Source: Felis catus (taxonomy: Eukaryota). Taken from it: a stretch of DNA of 64,000 nucleotides. Where the stretch lies: the NCBI RefSeq assembly GCF_018350175.1, contig NC_058383.1:9116001-9180000 (forward strand). The letters run 5' to 3'. A program made the translations under genes and the position numbers. This document shows, piece after piece, positions 43,201 to 55,439 of the stretch (the first letter of the stretch is position 1; each line of letters opens with the position of its first letter). Below the pieces are notes generated by a model. The model made no database searches, was not told the DNA's origin, and saw nothing but the letters and a program-made list of their open reading frames with translations.

Positions 43201-46200
43201 TTTTAGGTGCCCCCTGGTCCGGATGGGGCACATTTCATCATCCCCCTCAAGGAGCAGAGAGCTCTAGGAGGCACTGGGCCAGACTACACCAGCATGGAAG
43301 CCGTCCTGTCACCTGATGCCACCTGCCACACACCCAGTGTTTTGTTCTCTCCTCAACCGACTGTTAAGCACCAAAACTGGGCTCACAGCCTCCCTCTGGA
43401 CCACACTGTGGGCTTGTGGGAGAGAATGTCCCATGTCTGTGTCTTCAGTGCCTGGCACAGAGGAGGAATCAACGAAACATTCTCTCAGGTGCACGGCACG
43501 AGCGATGTGGCACACAGGCACACCTTTACCTGCTCTACAGAGAACCTGATTCTCCTGGCTGGCTGCAAGCATTACTGTTTTTAACCCATGTGGCAACGAT
43601 CAGCGCTCAAGCACCAGAGGTCAGGGAGGCTCCATGCATTGCAAGGCTGTGGAAGGCCAGCGCCTGGGCACCAGGTGGCACATGCAAAGGAAACGATGCA
43701 GAGACAAGGAGGCAGGGGCCGGGTCTGTAGGTATTTGGGCACATCTTCCCAGCTAAGTAAAAGCAGAAACCCAAGCCTGCTGACAGGGCACAGAGGTAGA
43801 CAAAATGACCCTCAAAAACACAAGATACCTGGCTCCGCCGGCAGTGGACAATCCTGGGGGCTGGTGCTGCGGTCCCAGGTGGGAGAGGCTGGAGCGGTAG
43901 AGGGGCTGGTTCCCCAAGGAGGGTGGTGCCCCACCCCAGGGGTTGGTGGTGTTCAGCCTGGGTGCAGACCTAGCCCCAGAGAGTGAGGGCTTATTGTACG
44001 GGGCAAAGGCCTGGTGGGTCCCAAAGACAATGGCGGTCCTGTGGGGGGGCTGGGGGACAGGGTAAGCCGGGAGGTTGGTCATGGAGTGGCGGTAGCGGCC
44101 CGACACGGGGCCAGTTCCACCACCACTGAGGCACTGATGGCAAGAGCAGGCGACTCCCGTGTGGCCCGGCGGGGCAATGATGGTGGTCACCGGGTATGGG
44201 GGTCCTGCTTGGCGCCGCACACTACGGCAGAAGCTCGAAGTCTTGTTGGTCTGCGTGTGGGTGGCGTAGTTGACGGTATAGTTGTACCCCAGGGGAGCCA
44301 AGTCCACAAGATGGTTGCCCCTGGCCACCTGCTGCTCCAGGAAGTCACAGACACTGGCTTCATATGCTGTCCAGGAGCCATCGTCACTCAGCCACTCCCA
44401 GACGATGCCCCGGCCTGGGGCTGAATGTTGGGGGAACAGATGCCTCCGCACAGCCCGCATGGTACCTGTTTGAAAAGGAGGAGGACACGTAAATGGCTAA
44501 TCTGCTAGCCCCCCAAAACAAAAAGGGCTTAAAAATTCTTTTTGGGGGCGCCTGGGTGGCTCAGTCGGTTGAGCGTCCGACTTCGGTTCAGGTCATGATC
44601 TCATGTCATGGTTTGTGAGTTCCAGCCCCGTGTCCGGCTCTGTGCTGACAGCTCGATTCTGTGACACAGCTTCGATTCTGTGTCTCCCCCTCTCTCTGCC
44701 CCTCCGCCGCTCATGCTCTCTCAAAAATAAATACACATTAAAAAAAAAATTCTTTTTCTACAACCAAAAGAAACCAACATGGTCAGTGTATATAGGGTCA
44801 TGTTGCTATCTGACCTAAAGGCTGGTACTGGTTATTCCTTCCAAATTTTGGGTGAAGGCTAGAAAGGGTAGAAAGCTCCCTCTCTGTAAAGAAACAATGG
44901 CCCAAAGGGACCTAATGGCAGAGGGGGATCTGTGCTCCTCGGCAGGAGTAGGGGATACCAGGAGCTTAGGTCAAAGAACAGCTATGGCTCAGATTCCAGG
45001 CTTTTTCAAAATATTTCTAATGATGAAACGTATGTAGCTTCACTTAAAAAACTGAAAAAAAAAAAAAAAAAAGGAAAGTTAAGAAAATTAAACCGTCCAT
45101 AATCTAACCACACAGCTTATATCACAATGTATTTCTTCCTATTTCATCTTTTAGACGCGTCCTTTTAGGAAGCTGACAATCACATTGAAAACTTTTCGGG
45201 CTGTTTTCTTCTGTTAGGCCATCAGTTTTCCTTACATCTCTAAAATTTTATACATAGCTCAGTATTCATTGTTACGTAAGTCTCTTACGTGGATGTACCA
45301 TACCCTTTGACTCTTCAAGCAGCAACTACTGGGAAATACCCCGTGGTTAGCTTATATTCTTAATAAACCAAACCTGATGATTACAGAGAAAAATTAATTC
45401 GGGCCATGTTTCCAAGAGCACTTGCCAAAAGATGATCACTGCAATTTGCTTCTACTGGTCTCCTGACCCCCACCTCGCCTCCATCCTTGGCAGCCAAAGG
45501 GATACTCTTCACCTCCAAATCAGATTACAGCACTCCTCTGCCCAAATCCTCCCACGGCTCCCCCTTTCAGAATAAAAGCCAAGGGGGCGCCTGAGTGGCT
45601 CAGTCAACTGAGCGTCTGGCTTGATTTCAGCTCAGCTTGATTTCAGCTCAGCTCATGATCTCACAGTTGGTGAGACTGAGGCCTGCATCGGGCCCTGCGC
45701 TGACAGTGCGGAGCCTGCTTAGGATTCTCTCTCTCTGCCCCTCCCCTGCTTGTACTCTCCCTCTCTGTCTCGCAAAATAAATAAATAAACATGAAAAAAA
45801 TAAAAAAATAAAAAAAAGAATAAAAGCCAAAGCCAAAGTCCCTTCAAGGGACAACCTGCCCCTCCCTCAGGTCTGTCTTAGACCCCCTTCCTGGTGACCT
45901 GGCCACCCTGGCTCAGACCTCCACTTCTCCCAACACCTCCATTCCCTGATTAACACTTACTGCCATCTAACACAATACACAATTTCCACATTACATATCT
46001 TGTTTGCTGCCTTTCTCAGTGGACTCCAAACATCAGGAAGGCAAGGACTTTCTTCTGTATCCAACTGATTGGAAGGCTTAGTCCTCACACACCCAAGGAC
46101 GCTGCCGTAGGGATCAGAGTAGCGTTTCTCAGTCTCCCCACCGGTGACATCCTGGGCCAAGAATTCTTTGTCGTGGGGCCGGTCCCGTGCATTTAGCAGC

Positions 46201-47295
46201 ATCCCTGGCCTCTAATGACTAGACGCCAGTGGCTCCCTGCCCCACTTGTGACAATTAAAAATGTGTCCAAACAGGGGCGCCTGGGTGGCGCAGTCGGTTA
46301 AGCGTCCGACTTCAGCCAGGTCACGATCTCACGGTCCGTGGGTTCAAGCCCCGCGTCAGGCTCTGGGCTGATGGCTCAGAGCCTGGAGCCTGTTTCCGAT
46401 TCTGTGTCTCCCTCTCTCTCTGCCCCTCCCCCATTCATGCTCTGTCTCTCTCTGTCCCAAAAATAAATAAACGTTGAAAAAAAAAAAAAATGTGTCCAAA
46501 CATTGTCAAACGTCCTAGGGGACAAAACACCCCCAGTTGAGAACCACTGGGTTAGACGGACGGGGCACAACTCCGAGGGGAACTTGGTGGTCCCATTCTC
46601 AGTAATACTGATCAAAACACACAACAAACCCTAATGTGAGCACACAGGAGAATAAAGTAACCTGCTCAGGTCACGCGGACACTGTGCAGCGGAAGCAGAA
46701 CTCATCACCAGGCCCTCTTAACTAGCACGGCGTTCTTCCTGTGCTGGCCTCTCTGCCCACAAGCCCCTCCATTTCTGCAGGTGGAAGCAGGCAGTTTGGG
46801 TTTAGGAAACAGGGGGGAAGGGGCGGGGCGGGCCTCTGCCCTGCGCTCTCAAGGCACTCCCTACTACTAAGAGGTACATCCCATACTGTGGTACCTGTAC
46901 CACTCACAGCACCTGTCGGGCCGAGATAAAGGGCCGAGAGTCAATTCCATATATAACTCCACCATCAGCACGGCACCTGGCCCAAAGCGGGCGCTCCAAC
47001 ACGTACTAGAGGCAGGAAGTGTCTTACCAGTATCCTGGCGGAACTGGGTCCAGCTGGGGAGGTCAATGATGTAAGGGGCCAGCGACGGGTCAGCTTGGCC
47101 TAAGGGAATGCTGTGGGCCAGACTCCCCAGCCCGAAGCGCTGGCCCTTCTGCTGGACAAACTGCTGCTCGATGTAGCTGCAGACAGTGGCACTGTAGGGG
47201 TGCCAGGTGCCCAGCCCGTCCTGCCATTCCCACACGGCCACTGCCACGGGGCTGGTGTACACCTGAGCCAGGGAAGGGCCTGGGGCCATGGCCAT
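24841..47295 (-). CDS. DTX2: Deltex E3 ubiquitin ligase 2 (2x WWE, Pro-rich linker, RING-H2, DTC), 9 coding exons, 1860 nt, 619 aa
   Basis: join complement(47028-47295, 43829-44465, 37884-37984, 33022-33162, 29897-29970, 28392-28550, 27560-27721, 26224-26313, 24841-25068). GT-AG, frame consistent. Reads [26 protein letters not shown] ... [21 protein letters not shown] ... [16 protein letters not shown]. Confidence 0.97.
25630..25756. repeat. Compound microsatellite (CA)n(CT)n(CCCT)n in the last DTX2 intron
   Basis: Direct reading. Confidence 0.95.
26224..26313 (-). CDS. DTX2: DTX2 coding exon 8 (DTC)
   Basis: [30 protein letters not shown]; donor AAG|GTAAGG. Confidence 0.96.
27560..27721 (-). 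CDS. DTX2: DTX2 coding exon 7 (RING end / DTC start)
   Basis: [54 protein letters not shown]; donor CAG|GTAAGG. Confidence 0.96.
28392..28550 (-). CDS. DTX2: DTX2 coding exon 6 (RING-H2, N-terminal part)
   Basis: [53 protein letters not shown]; donor AAG|GTGCCC. Confidence 0.95.
29897..29970 (-). CDS. DTX2: DTX2 coding exon 5
   Basis: ttctag|[27 protein letters not shown]; donor GAG|GTATGT. Confidence 0.94.
31223..31635. repeat. CA/C-rich degenerate low-complexity repeat
   Basis: Interrupted (CA)n and C runs. Confidence 0.9.
33022..33162 (-). CDS. DTX2: DTX2 coding exon 4 (141-nt symmetric cassette exon)
   Basis: gtgtag|[49 protein letters not shown]; donor G|GTAGTT. Confidence 0.92.
36008..36228 (+). 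mobile_element. CAN-SINE
   Basis: TSD AGAAAAGTTATTA. Confidence 0.88.
36345..36426. repeat. Alternating purine-pyrimidine tract including (CG)10(CA)23
   Basis: Direct reading. Confidence 0.95.
37884..37984 (-). CDS. DTX2: DTX2 coding exon 3
   Basis: ccctag|[35 protein letters not shown]; donor G|GTAGGC. Confidence 0.93.
38520..39075 (+). mobile_element. L1MC-type LINE 3' fragment
   Basis: atcaccagtaat..ttcctgccaaaa..cagacaggcccaaattaagggacatt..aaaagtgtcaaggt. Confidence 0.65.
39605..39848 (-). mobile_element. SINEC_Fc-type SINE
   Basis: TSD CCATTTGGGTTTTTT. Confidence 0.9.
40246..40279. repeat. Poly-G run (~G34)
   Basis: Direct reading. Confidence 0.85.
42597..42802 (+). mobile_element. 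SINEC_Fc-type SINE
   Basis: Typical head, body and A-tail. Confidence 0.88.
43829..44465 (-). CDS. DTX2: DTX2 coding exon 2 (WWE2 + linker)
   Basis: aacag|[40 protein letters not shown]; donor AG|GTATCT. Confidence 0.96.
44544..44748 (+). mobile_element. SINEC_Fc-type SINE ~80 nt from a DTX2 acceptor
   Basis: TSD AAAAATTCTTTT. Confidence 0.88.
45583..45818 (+). mobile_element. CAN-SINE with internal GCTTGATTTCAGCTCA duplication
   Basis: TSD GAATAAAAGCCAA. Confidence 0.88.
46120..46549 (-). mobile_element. MER20 (hAT-Charlie) DNA transposon interrupted by a SINE
   Basis: CAGTGGTTCTCAAC terminus at 46549; tttagcagcatccctggcctcta..ttgtgacaa. Confidence 0.8.
46274..46490 (+). mobile_element. 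Young SINEC_Fc
   Basis: Near-consensus and CpG-rich; 17-bp TSD AAAAATGTGTCCAAACA. Confidence 0.92.
47028..47295 (-). CDS. DTX2: DTX2 first coding exon (WWE1); full exon starts at 47384
   Basis: aagATGG start; [15 protein letters not shown]; donor G|GTAAGA; acceptor ttacag| at 47385. Confidence 0.96.
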
Positions 47296-50200
47296 CTTCC
47301 CCAGGACTCCCTCTTCCTTCCCAAACGGTTTCAGACCACTCTGGGCTGAAGTCTCGGGTTCATTGCCCAGTGCTTCCAGCAGACCTGTAAACAGGACAAA
47401 CAGTTATCAACATACTCGGTGTCCCTGAGAGTTGGCCTCAATGCAGGGGAAAAAAAAAATATTTTCCCACAATCACTTTTTTCCCTAAAAGAAAAGAGCA
47501 TTGTGGATCAAGTACCTGATCCTGTCTTTTTGTTCAGGCAGCCAGGAAGAATTCAATCAAGCAACGTACCTGCCTCTGTAAATGTTCAGCAAGATACTGT
47601 GGAGTGAATTTTGGGTGCTAATCAACAGCCCAGCTTCTTTTTACCAATCATTTCCCTCTGACCTAACTACTGAGTATATCCTTGTATACTGTTTTCGTGA
47701 GTCACCCCAAATCCTTCGTGTACTGAGGCCACAATGACCCCTTCCAATTATGTGAACACTCTATGGTTTCCAATGCAGGTTTGGGAGATACCGCTATGCT
47801 CCTGATGGGAAAAACCTGTGTCTCAGAAAGGACTGGGGGCTCAAGGACCCTCAAGAGGGTCAATGGCAGAGCTGAGACTGAAAGCCTGGTCCAGCTCCGC
47901 CCAGGTCTCCAGCGTACCCAGGAGACTTCATTAACCATGAAGGGCGCCCTAGATAAACATTAAGATCTCACAGATGCAGAAGGCCGGACTCTCCACACCC
48001 CTGTCTGGGCCTAGCTGACCATCAGTCAGGCCCAGAGAGTTTACACCCAGCTCCTGAGACACTCTTCTCTCAGCCACCCTCACCCATCCTCTTCTCTTGT
48101 AAACTCTACTCAGCCTTGAGGCCCAGCCTGTGTGGTTCAGGGAGCCCTTCCCTGGCTCACGTGAGCTTCTGCCTTGCAGCACCAGCCAGAATGCTAATGC
48201 CTCTATATATGTATGAGGAGGAGGATGTTCCAGATTTTTCTGCTCCTCCAGACAGCAGGGAGCCGGGGAGTCTGTCTTGTCCAGTCATATCGCCAGCTCC
48301 AGCAGAGATCTTGTCATGTGCTAAGTGTTGTATACATACTAGTTGACAACACGGCTGAACGCGAAGCCGTCTGCAGCGGTCTGAGGAAGGGCGCTATACT
48401 GTGAACGTACCACGCCAGGCGCCCGCAGCACCAGCACCCGGAGTTCAGTAGGAACAGGACCAGTGTAGTGGCAAACAGCAAATATACCTGTCTCGTGTAC
48501 GCCTAACAGACTGACAAGGTGGCATTTCTCCCACTTTACAAGGCTCAGAGAGGTCAAGGTCTTATTGAAGGTCACATGAATACTGTTGAGTGGTGGCAGA
48601 GAACAAGCCCAGATCAACCCGGCTCTAATGTCCATTTCTGAGAGAGGAAAACTCAGCCTGACTCCACCTTGGGCTCCACTTACAGGCCGCGCTGAGAAAG
48701 GCGGAAGGAGAGAGGAAGCTGTGTCCCAAGTCCCCCAGCACCCTCAGCGGTTACAGAACGTCCACCCAGGGCCCCGGTGCCGGTACGGTTCCCAGTCACA
48801 CCATCTGTTCGGATTCCTACACAACCCTCTTAAGTGAACATGCTGAATTTTCTCCCCATTTTGCAGATGAGGAAATCAAGGCCCAGGCAGTTGTGGGGAC
48901 TTGCTTACACAGTGGGACCCTGGGCTTTTTGCTGCTGTCCCTGAGAGTGCACTGCACTGTCAAGGTGTTGAGAAGGCCAAAGACACCCGCCACAAGGAAG
49001 GCAGAGCTGGAGCCCTAGGTGAAAGGAACAGGCACAGGCTTACTTACTCCACTCGCTGTGTCATCCTGACAGAGGTACCCGAGCTCTCCAAGTTTGCTTT
49101 CCCCTACTTGACAATGATGATAACAACATCCATGTTCCGTGCTTTTCACGGGCATTCAGACAGACAGGCGGTACAGAGCACACAGCAGATATCCGCGGAG
49201 CCTGTCCTCCCTCCCTTTCCCTGCCCACCCCTGCCCCCCATCCCCCGGGGCCTCCCTCCCACCCCTCAAGTCCAGGTGAGGAGCGGCAGCCTGGGGCGGC
49301 ACTGGGCTACACAGCACGAGAACGCGGGCGATGAGTCAGGCCTGCAAGAACGCGGAGCACGCCCGCGGGTGCCAGGGCCGCCAGTGAGCTGCCAGCTGCT
49401 CCAACAAGAGTACACATCCCACGCTGGAGGATCAGACCTGGGATGCCCTTGGGTGGCTGGCTTATTAGCTCCGTGACTACAATTAGAAGTCTCTGTAACC
49501 ACATCCAGGTACAAATCACAGGACCGGTTTCAGAGCCAGCTACTCCCGGGCCCGGACTTTCCTCCTGGCACCTCCTGGCAGGCATCACTCACCCGGCAGG
49601 CAGCGGGGGCCTCCCACAGATCAGCACCCGTGGTCCGCTCCAGCATGTCCGCACATCCCCGGATGAACCAACTCGCAGAACTTTGCCAAACAGCCAGAGA
49701 AATGCAGGCTAGTGCTGCAGCTCAAGTTTTTCCTGAACGTGTTCGGCCTCCACCGACCAAGGGCGCACCCTCCTCAGGCACTGTTGGGGTCCTAAAGACC
49801 CAGAGATGAAGAAGACACGGCCGCTGGTCCCCCCTCAAACCAAGGCCTCCACCTTACATCCAGCCATACCAAATTTTAGCAAGTGCCAGAACATTCCAAG
49901 CCATTTCCTACCACCTCACAGCTGTAGATCCTGCTGCTACGTGTGTCCGGACTCCAGTCTTCTCTTCACCAAGAACCCAAACATGCCCATCTTTCCAGAA
50001 TCAGTCACAGCACCCCTCTCCTGAGCCCTCTGACCCACACCTCACCAGAAAAGTGCTGACTCCACCCACCTGTGAGTCTTCACTGCGTATCCTACTTACC
50101 CAAACACGAACACGACGACATCCACTGGTCTCAGTGTCTGTCTGCCCACTGGAACAGGAACTCTCTGAGGACAGAGCTAGTGCTGGCCCAAAGCTGGGGC

Positions 50201-50629
50201 TTTAGTTCTTCAAATGCCTAATATCCCAGAGGGTCTAAAACCCCAGCGGACAGAAGAGAGGTGAACCTTCTGCTCCAGGGGCCTGGGGCACATTTGAAGC
50301 AATGCCCAAAAATGCCCACTGGCGTGGCACCTGAACAGAGCAATTATGCATGTCCAACAGCCATGTCAATGCGCCCATTCTCTGCAACAACCTCAGCCAT
50401 CACGAAGCTGCAGTCCAAAAACCTAATTTGTCTCGGCTCCTAATGATGGGGGCTATTTAGGGTGTCCCTAATTATGAAAATAATAATTATTATAATTGCC
50501 CATAGAAATAGTCCTCGATCTGGAAGTAACCTGAACACCTACAATAATGGAATTCTTAAATAAGTTACATCATCATTCTAATGATGGAATATAAGTCTTG
50601 AAAAATGTTTACAAAAGGCTTACAGACCT

Positions 50630-51740
50630 GGGGCACCTGGGTGGCTCAGTTGGTTGAGCAACTGACTCTTGATTTCGGCTAAGATCATGATCTTGTGGTT
50701 CATGAGTTTGAGCCCCATGTCAGGCTCTGCGCTGACAGAGCAGATTCTCCCTCTCCCTCTGCCCCTCCCCTGCTCCCGCTCTATTTCTGTCTCTCAAAAT
50801 CAGTAAACATTTAAAAAAAAGAAAGGCTTACAGACCTAAGATAATGTTCACGACAAATGAAAAATACAAGATATGGAACTGCACAGGCCCCGCCGTTAGG
50901 CAGGAGGGTGTGCCCTTTATTGAACACCTACTGCGGGGCACACACTCTGCCTGGTGCTCTTGTCATCCAGCCCTCAACCCTCAACTGGAATTATGCCCAT
51001 TTTATAGACGAGAGAACTGAGGCCAAAAGAAATTAAGAATTGGGGTGCCTGGCTGGCTTGGTCAGAAGAGCATGTGACTTTTGATCTCAGGGTTGTGAGT
51101 TTGAGCTCCTCATTGGATATAGAGATTACTTAAAAATAAAATCTTAAAAAAAAAAAAAAGAAATTAAGAATTTACCAAAATCTATGATGCCATAAAACCT
51201 ATGTCCTTTCTGCCCTGCATGAACTAACTTTTAAAAGGCTGGAAGGAAGGGGCGCCTGGCTGGCTCAGTTGGAGGAGCCTGACTGAGACGCTTGATCACC
51301 ATGAGTTCAAGCCCCATGCTGGGTGCAGAGATTACTAAAAATAAATAAACCTAGAAAAAAAAAAAAAAAAAGGCTGAAAGGAGAAAAAAGACTGGAAGGA
51401 AGATCTCTGAAATGTTAATAGAAGTGATGGATCATGGGATTTTTTTTTTTACCTCTTTCTGTACATACAAATGCTCTACAATGGTCACATTACTTCTTAT
51501 GAGACCAAAGTAACATTTTAAAAAATATTAACAGGGCACCTGGGTGGCTCAATCGATTGAGCGTTTGTCTCTTGGTTTCAGCTCAGCTCATGATCTCATG
51601 GTTTATGGATTCAAGCCCCATGTTGGGCTATGCACTGGCAACTCGGAGCCTGCTTGGGATCCTCTCCCTCTCTCTTTCTGCCCCTCCCCTTCTCGCCTTC
51701 TCTCAAAATAAATAAATAAACTTAAAAAATAAATTAAAAA
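50630..51740 (+). mobile_element. Cluster of four CAN-SINEs (50630-50821, 51042-51159, 51249-51371, 51534-51740)
   Basis: Each has a GGGG(C/T)(G/A)CCTGG-type head, A-tail and TSD (e.g. AAAGGCTTACAGACCT, AAGAAATTAAGAATT). Confidence 0.85.
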
Positions 51741-52566
51741 TATCAACAACCTTGACCACGAAGAAAACCTTCCTGCTTTCCTTTGCATTTTCTTGTGCAA
51801 TTTAGCTGCAAATCCTGTCCACAGTACTGTGGCTGTGAGGCACAGAGGAAATTTGCTTGTTCTACCAGAGAGGAGTTTTCACACATAAGAAAAAAAGTTA
51901 CATGTGTCCCAGAGTCTTTCTATCCCCAGAGGATTTAGAAAAGCTTTCGAACAAGATCTGAGCTGGCACAAGAACGTGAGTGAAAACCATCCTGCCTAAT
52001 TGTGGGCCTCCAGGTGGGTGAACCACACGAAGGGATCCCACCACAGCTGCGGCCTCTGGGCAGAAGGCTTCGAGTGTGGTTTTTAAAGCAGTGCTCACAC
52101 TGAGTGATCACCACCTTGCCAACACATGAGGACCCCACTTCATCCCTCCAAAGCCCACCCGTGCCGGGCTCAGCAGTACACCCTGCAGTCCATGCTTGGG
52201 ACAGTGGCTGTCCCACACTCTCCAATGTCCCGAGAGGAGATGGAAATGGAGAGATCTGTCAGGCCCCCCTCGGCGTGCGCACACATGTGTTCCACACTCG
52301 GTGACTTTGGGGCAGTCACTTCCCTGTCTGTAGACTCCACCACTCAGGCAGTCAGATGGGTTTGCCAGCCTGTTACAAGCAGTGGAACCTGTTTCCAAAT
52401 GTGATCACAGGCCACCCACTGAATAAAATATAGGAACACGAGGTGTTCTTTTTGACACAGAAATGGTCTTCATTCCTTCTTCTCGAAACGCCCAGGATGC
52501 TCTTCTGCAGAAGAGTTCTGAAGGGCATGGATGGGAAATCAGCGAGAGCAGGCAAACAGGAGGCCT

Positions 52567-52673
52567 ATTTTTTTTTTTTTTTAAGTAGGCCCCACACCCA
52601 GGCCCGACATGGGGCTTGACCTCACAACCTTGAGATCAAGACACTTAACCACCGGAGCCACCCAGGTGCCCCA
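52567..52673 (-). mobile_element. Short CAN-SINE
   Basis: TSD AGGAGGCCTATTTT. Confidence 0.82.
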
Positions 52674-54432
52674 AGGAGGCCTATTTTCTATTCCACCTCT
52701 TCTTCGGACCCTTTCCAAGAAGCTCAGCCTGAAACTCCATACCCACCAGTTGACCCAGGGGGTATAACCTTCCCAGACCTCTCACAGTGCAGCCAGCCCC
52801 CCAGGTCCCATCAGGAAGCCCTCCCGCAGACCTGGGAAAGTCCAATCCTGCACACAAGCCCAGCAAAGAAATGTTCTACCTGACTAGAAACGTTTTTAAT
52901 ACAAATTAAAAACAACGGACCATTATTTTTTGGCCTATCAAAATAGTAGAAAAAACAACACACACACACAAACACCCCTTAATTTCAATACTTGGTGCTG
53001 GCAGGAGTACAGAGTCCTCATATCACTGGGAAGGATAAACCCTTTCCAGAAAAGTGTGGTAATAGGTATCAAGTGGTTTAGAAATGCTTACTCACTTTGA
53101 CCCAACAATCTAAGGAGATTATAGAAAACCTTTGACATAAAGGTATTTGCTGTAGCACTATTCTGACCAGGTAAAAGAGAAGCAGAGAGAAAACTCAACA
53201 GAAACACTAAAATGTTCGAGACAGCTGCGGCCACTGACTAGAGAAACCTCAGGAGGCCTTTTGTTCAACTTCCTTACGTACCTGAACTCTTCACATTTTC
53301 TAAAGTGAGAAAGTATTACTTCTGTTAGCAGTAACACGTCTCTTTAATATGCCCAACACCTTTAAAAGATCATAAATAGAAACCAAACCAGCACCACCGT
53401 CATGACTTAGCATTGTTACTTTAGATGGCCACTGACTATCCCAGCGGGTTTCACAAACAACAGACCTGGTCAGAGTACCAAGGCACCTCTTTGCCAAGAG
53501 ACATCCCCATCTCTGAGTTGCAAGAAAAGGTGCAACCACCCAGGTGCCTAAACTACTGCAAGAGGTAGGCACTGCAAGACGAGGCTTTTGTCTTGAAGAG
53601 AGATGGCTCGAGCCGGTGCCGCCCAGAACTTACTAGGTTTCTGAGTTATGGAAGGATACTGATACATGATCTGTCCCTTGCACGCTGGAAGGGAAGTGAT
53701 AACTCCTCCTCTAGCTGTGCCTACCTGAGCCCTCCAGGGGCTGGTCAGGGCAGAGCCTTCAAATAGGGCACCGAAAGCCACAGGCGACAGGCACTAGCAG
53801 ATGGCAGGCACTAGCAATCTTCGATCCCCTGTATCGAAGGATCCCTTTGATCCTTCTCTACCAGGAGCAATGTGACCACTGGTGACCTGTCAGGACAGAG
53901 CCCTGGTCCCCAGGCCTACCCAGGGGTCAAAATGGGGGAGCAATGGAAGCAGTGGCAGGAGTAACAGCGATGGCTACCAACCAAGAGCTTACGAGGCATC
54001 AGGCGCTAAGAAACTCACATGAGTCCTGGGGCGGGTCTTCTCCTGACTTTATAGACGAGAAGAGGAGGCAAAAAAGGATGACCAACCCGCCCAAGAATAC
54101 ACGGGTATAAAGAAACCCAAATCTGTTCCCAGGGTCCACTGAGACAGAAGGGGTCCACTGATGCTGGACAAATCGGCCTGCCAGATGTGTTTTTCCTGGC
54201 CTATACAGTTTTCAGTTTTTTTAAAAACTGAGTTGATGTTTAGAAATTGGAATATTCACCATTAAAAAAAAAAAAATTCCAGATTTCCAGCTTTTAGAAA
54301 GCAGAAAAGTTGGCAACATTTGCAGCGCTGACCTAGATTCATTATCCATCCGGCAACAACTCACTAAACCACTGTGGTGGCTGGGACACACTCTCGCCAG
54401 GTCACCACGGTTACCGTGACCCCCCCCCCCCC

Positions 54433-54570
54433 AGCAGGAGTGAGCAACCTTCTCCTGTAAGGGACCAGAAAGTACACATATATTTTAGGTTTTGCAGAAC
54501 ACAAGGCATCTGTCGCATCTACGCAACTCTGCCACGACAGTGTGAAAACAGCCACAGACAATGTGCAAAC
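54433..54570. mobile_element. MER58A-like hAT element
   Basis: ctgtaagggaccag..tattttaggttttgc..tctgtcgcatctacgcaactctgcc..aaaacagccacagacaat. Confidence 0.65.
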
Positions 54571-54953
54571 TAACCACAGAGTGATCAGTGTACAGCTTCC
54601 CCAACACCCATCGCCGTGCTCACAGCGTCCTACAGTTGAGAAATACTTCTCTGAACCCACGTCTCTATCAGAAAGTAGGAAAGGGCCTCTGCCGACATGC
54701 CAGTCTTCCCCCAGTACCTGAGGGCAGCTAGAGACTCTCTACCCTGTGAAATCTTTACTTACACCCACTCTTCCACTCTGCCAGAAGTGGCCACTTCTAA
54801 CAATCAATGTCCATGTAATATCTGAGTGCAATTATCTACCTGGCCCTCCACTAGGGCATAGGGTCCTTAAGGCAAGGACTAAGGTCAGGAAAAGACTTTT
54901 TAAACAAGATATAGAACGCTGAGTACAAAAAAAAAAAAGAAAAAAAAGGGGGG

Positions 54954-55365
54954 GGGGCGCCTGGGTGGCTTGGTCAGTTAAGCACCTGACTCTTGATTTT
55001 GGCTCAGGTCATGATCCCAGAGTCATGGGATCAAGCACCACGTCAGGCTCTGTGCTGACAGCACCGAGCCTTCTTGGGATTCTATCACTCCTCTCTGCCC
55101 TTCCCCCACTCACACACTCTCTCTCAAAATAAACAAACATAAAAAAAACCAAAAACATTTCATTATGTGAAAATTAAGAATGATTGTTCAACATGGGGCA
55201 CCTGGGTGGCTCAATCGGTTAAGCGTCCAACTTCAGCTCAGATCATGAACTCATGGTTCATGAGTTCAAGCCCCACATCGGGCTCTGTGCCGACAGCTTG
55301 GAGCTTGGGGCCTGCTTCGGATTCTGTGTCTCCCTCTCTCTCTCTCTGCCCCTCCCCTGCTCGCA

Positions 55366-55411
<46 letters not shown>

Positions 55412-55427
55412 AATAAACATTAAAAAA
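54954..55427 (+). mobile_element. Two CAN-SINEs (54954-55155, 55195-55427)
   Basis: Typical heads, (CT)n and A-tails. Confidence 0.85.
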
Positions 55428-55439
55428 TTTTTTAAAAGA

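Noticed and set aside
46274..46350. tRNA-like A/B-box sequences at SINE heads
   Set aside because: These are tRNA-derived CAN-SINE heads, not tRNA genes.
53788..53840. Direct repeat CAGGCACTAGCA x2, a 7-bp hairpin and a CTCF-like CTAGCAGATGGCAG
   Set aside because: Too short or mismatched to exceed chance without external data.
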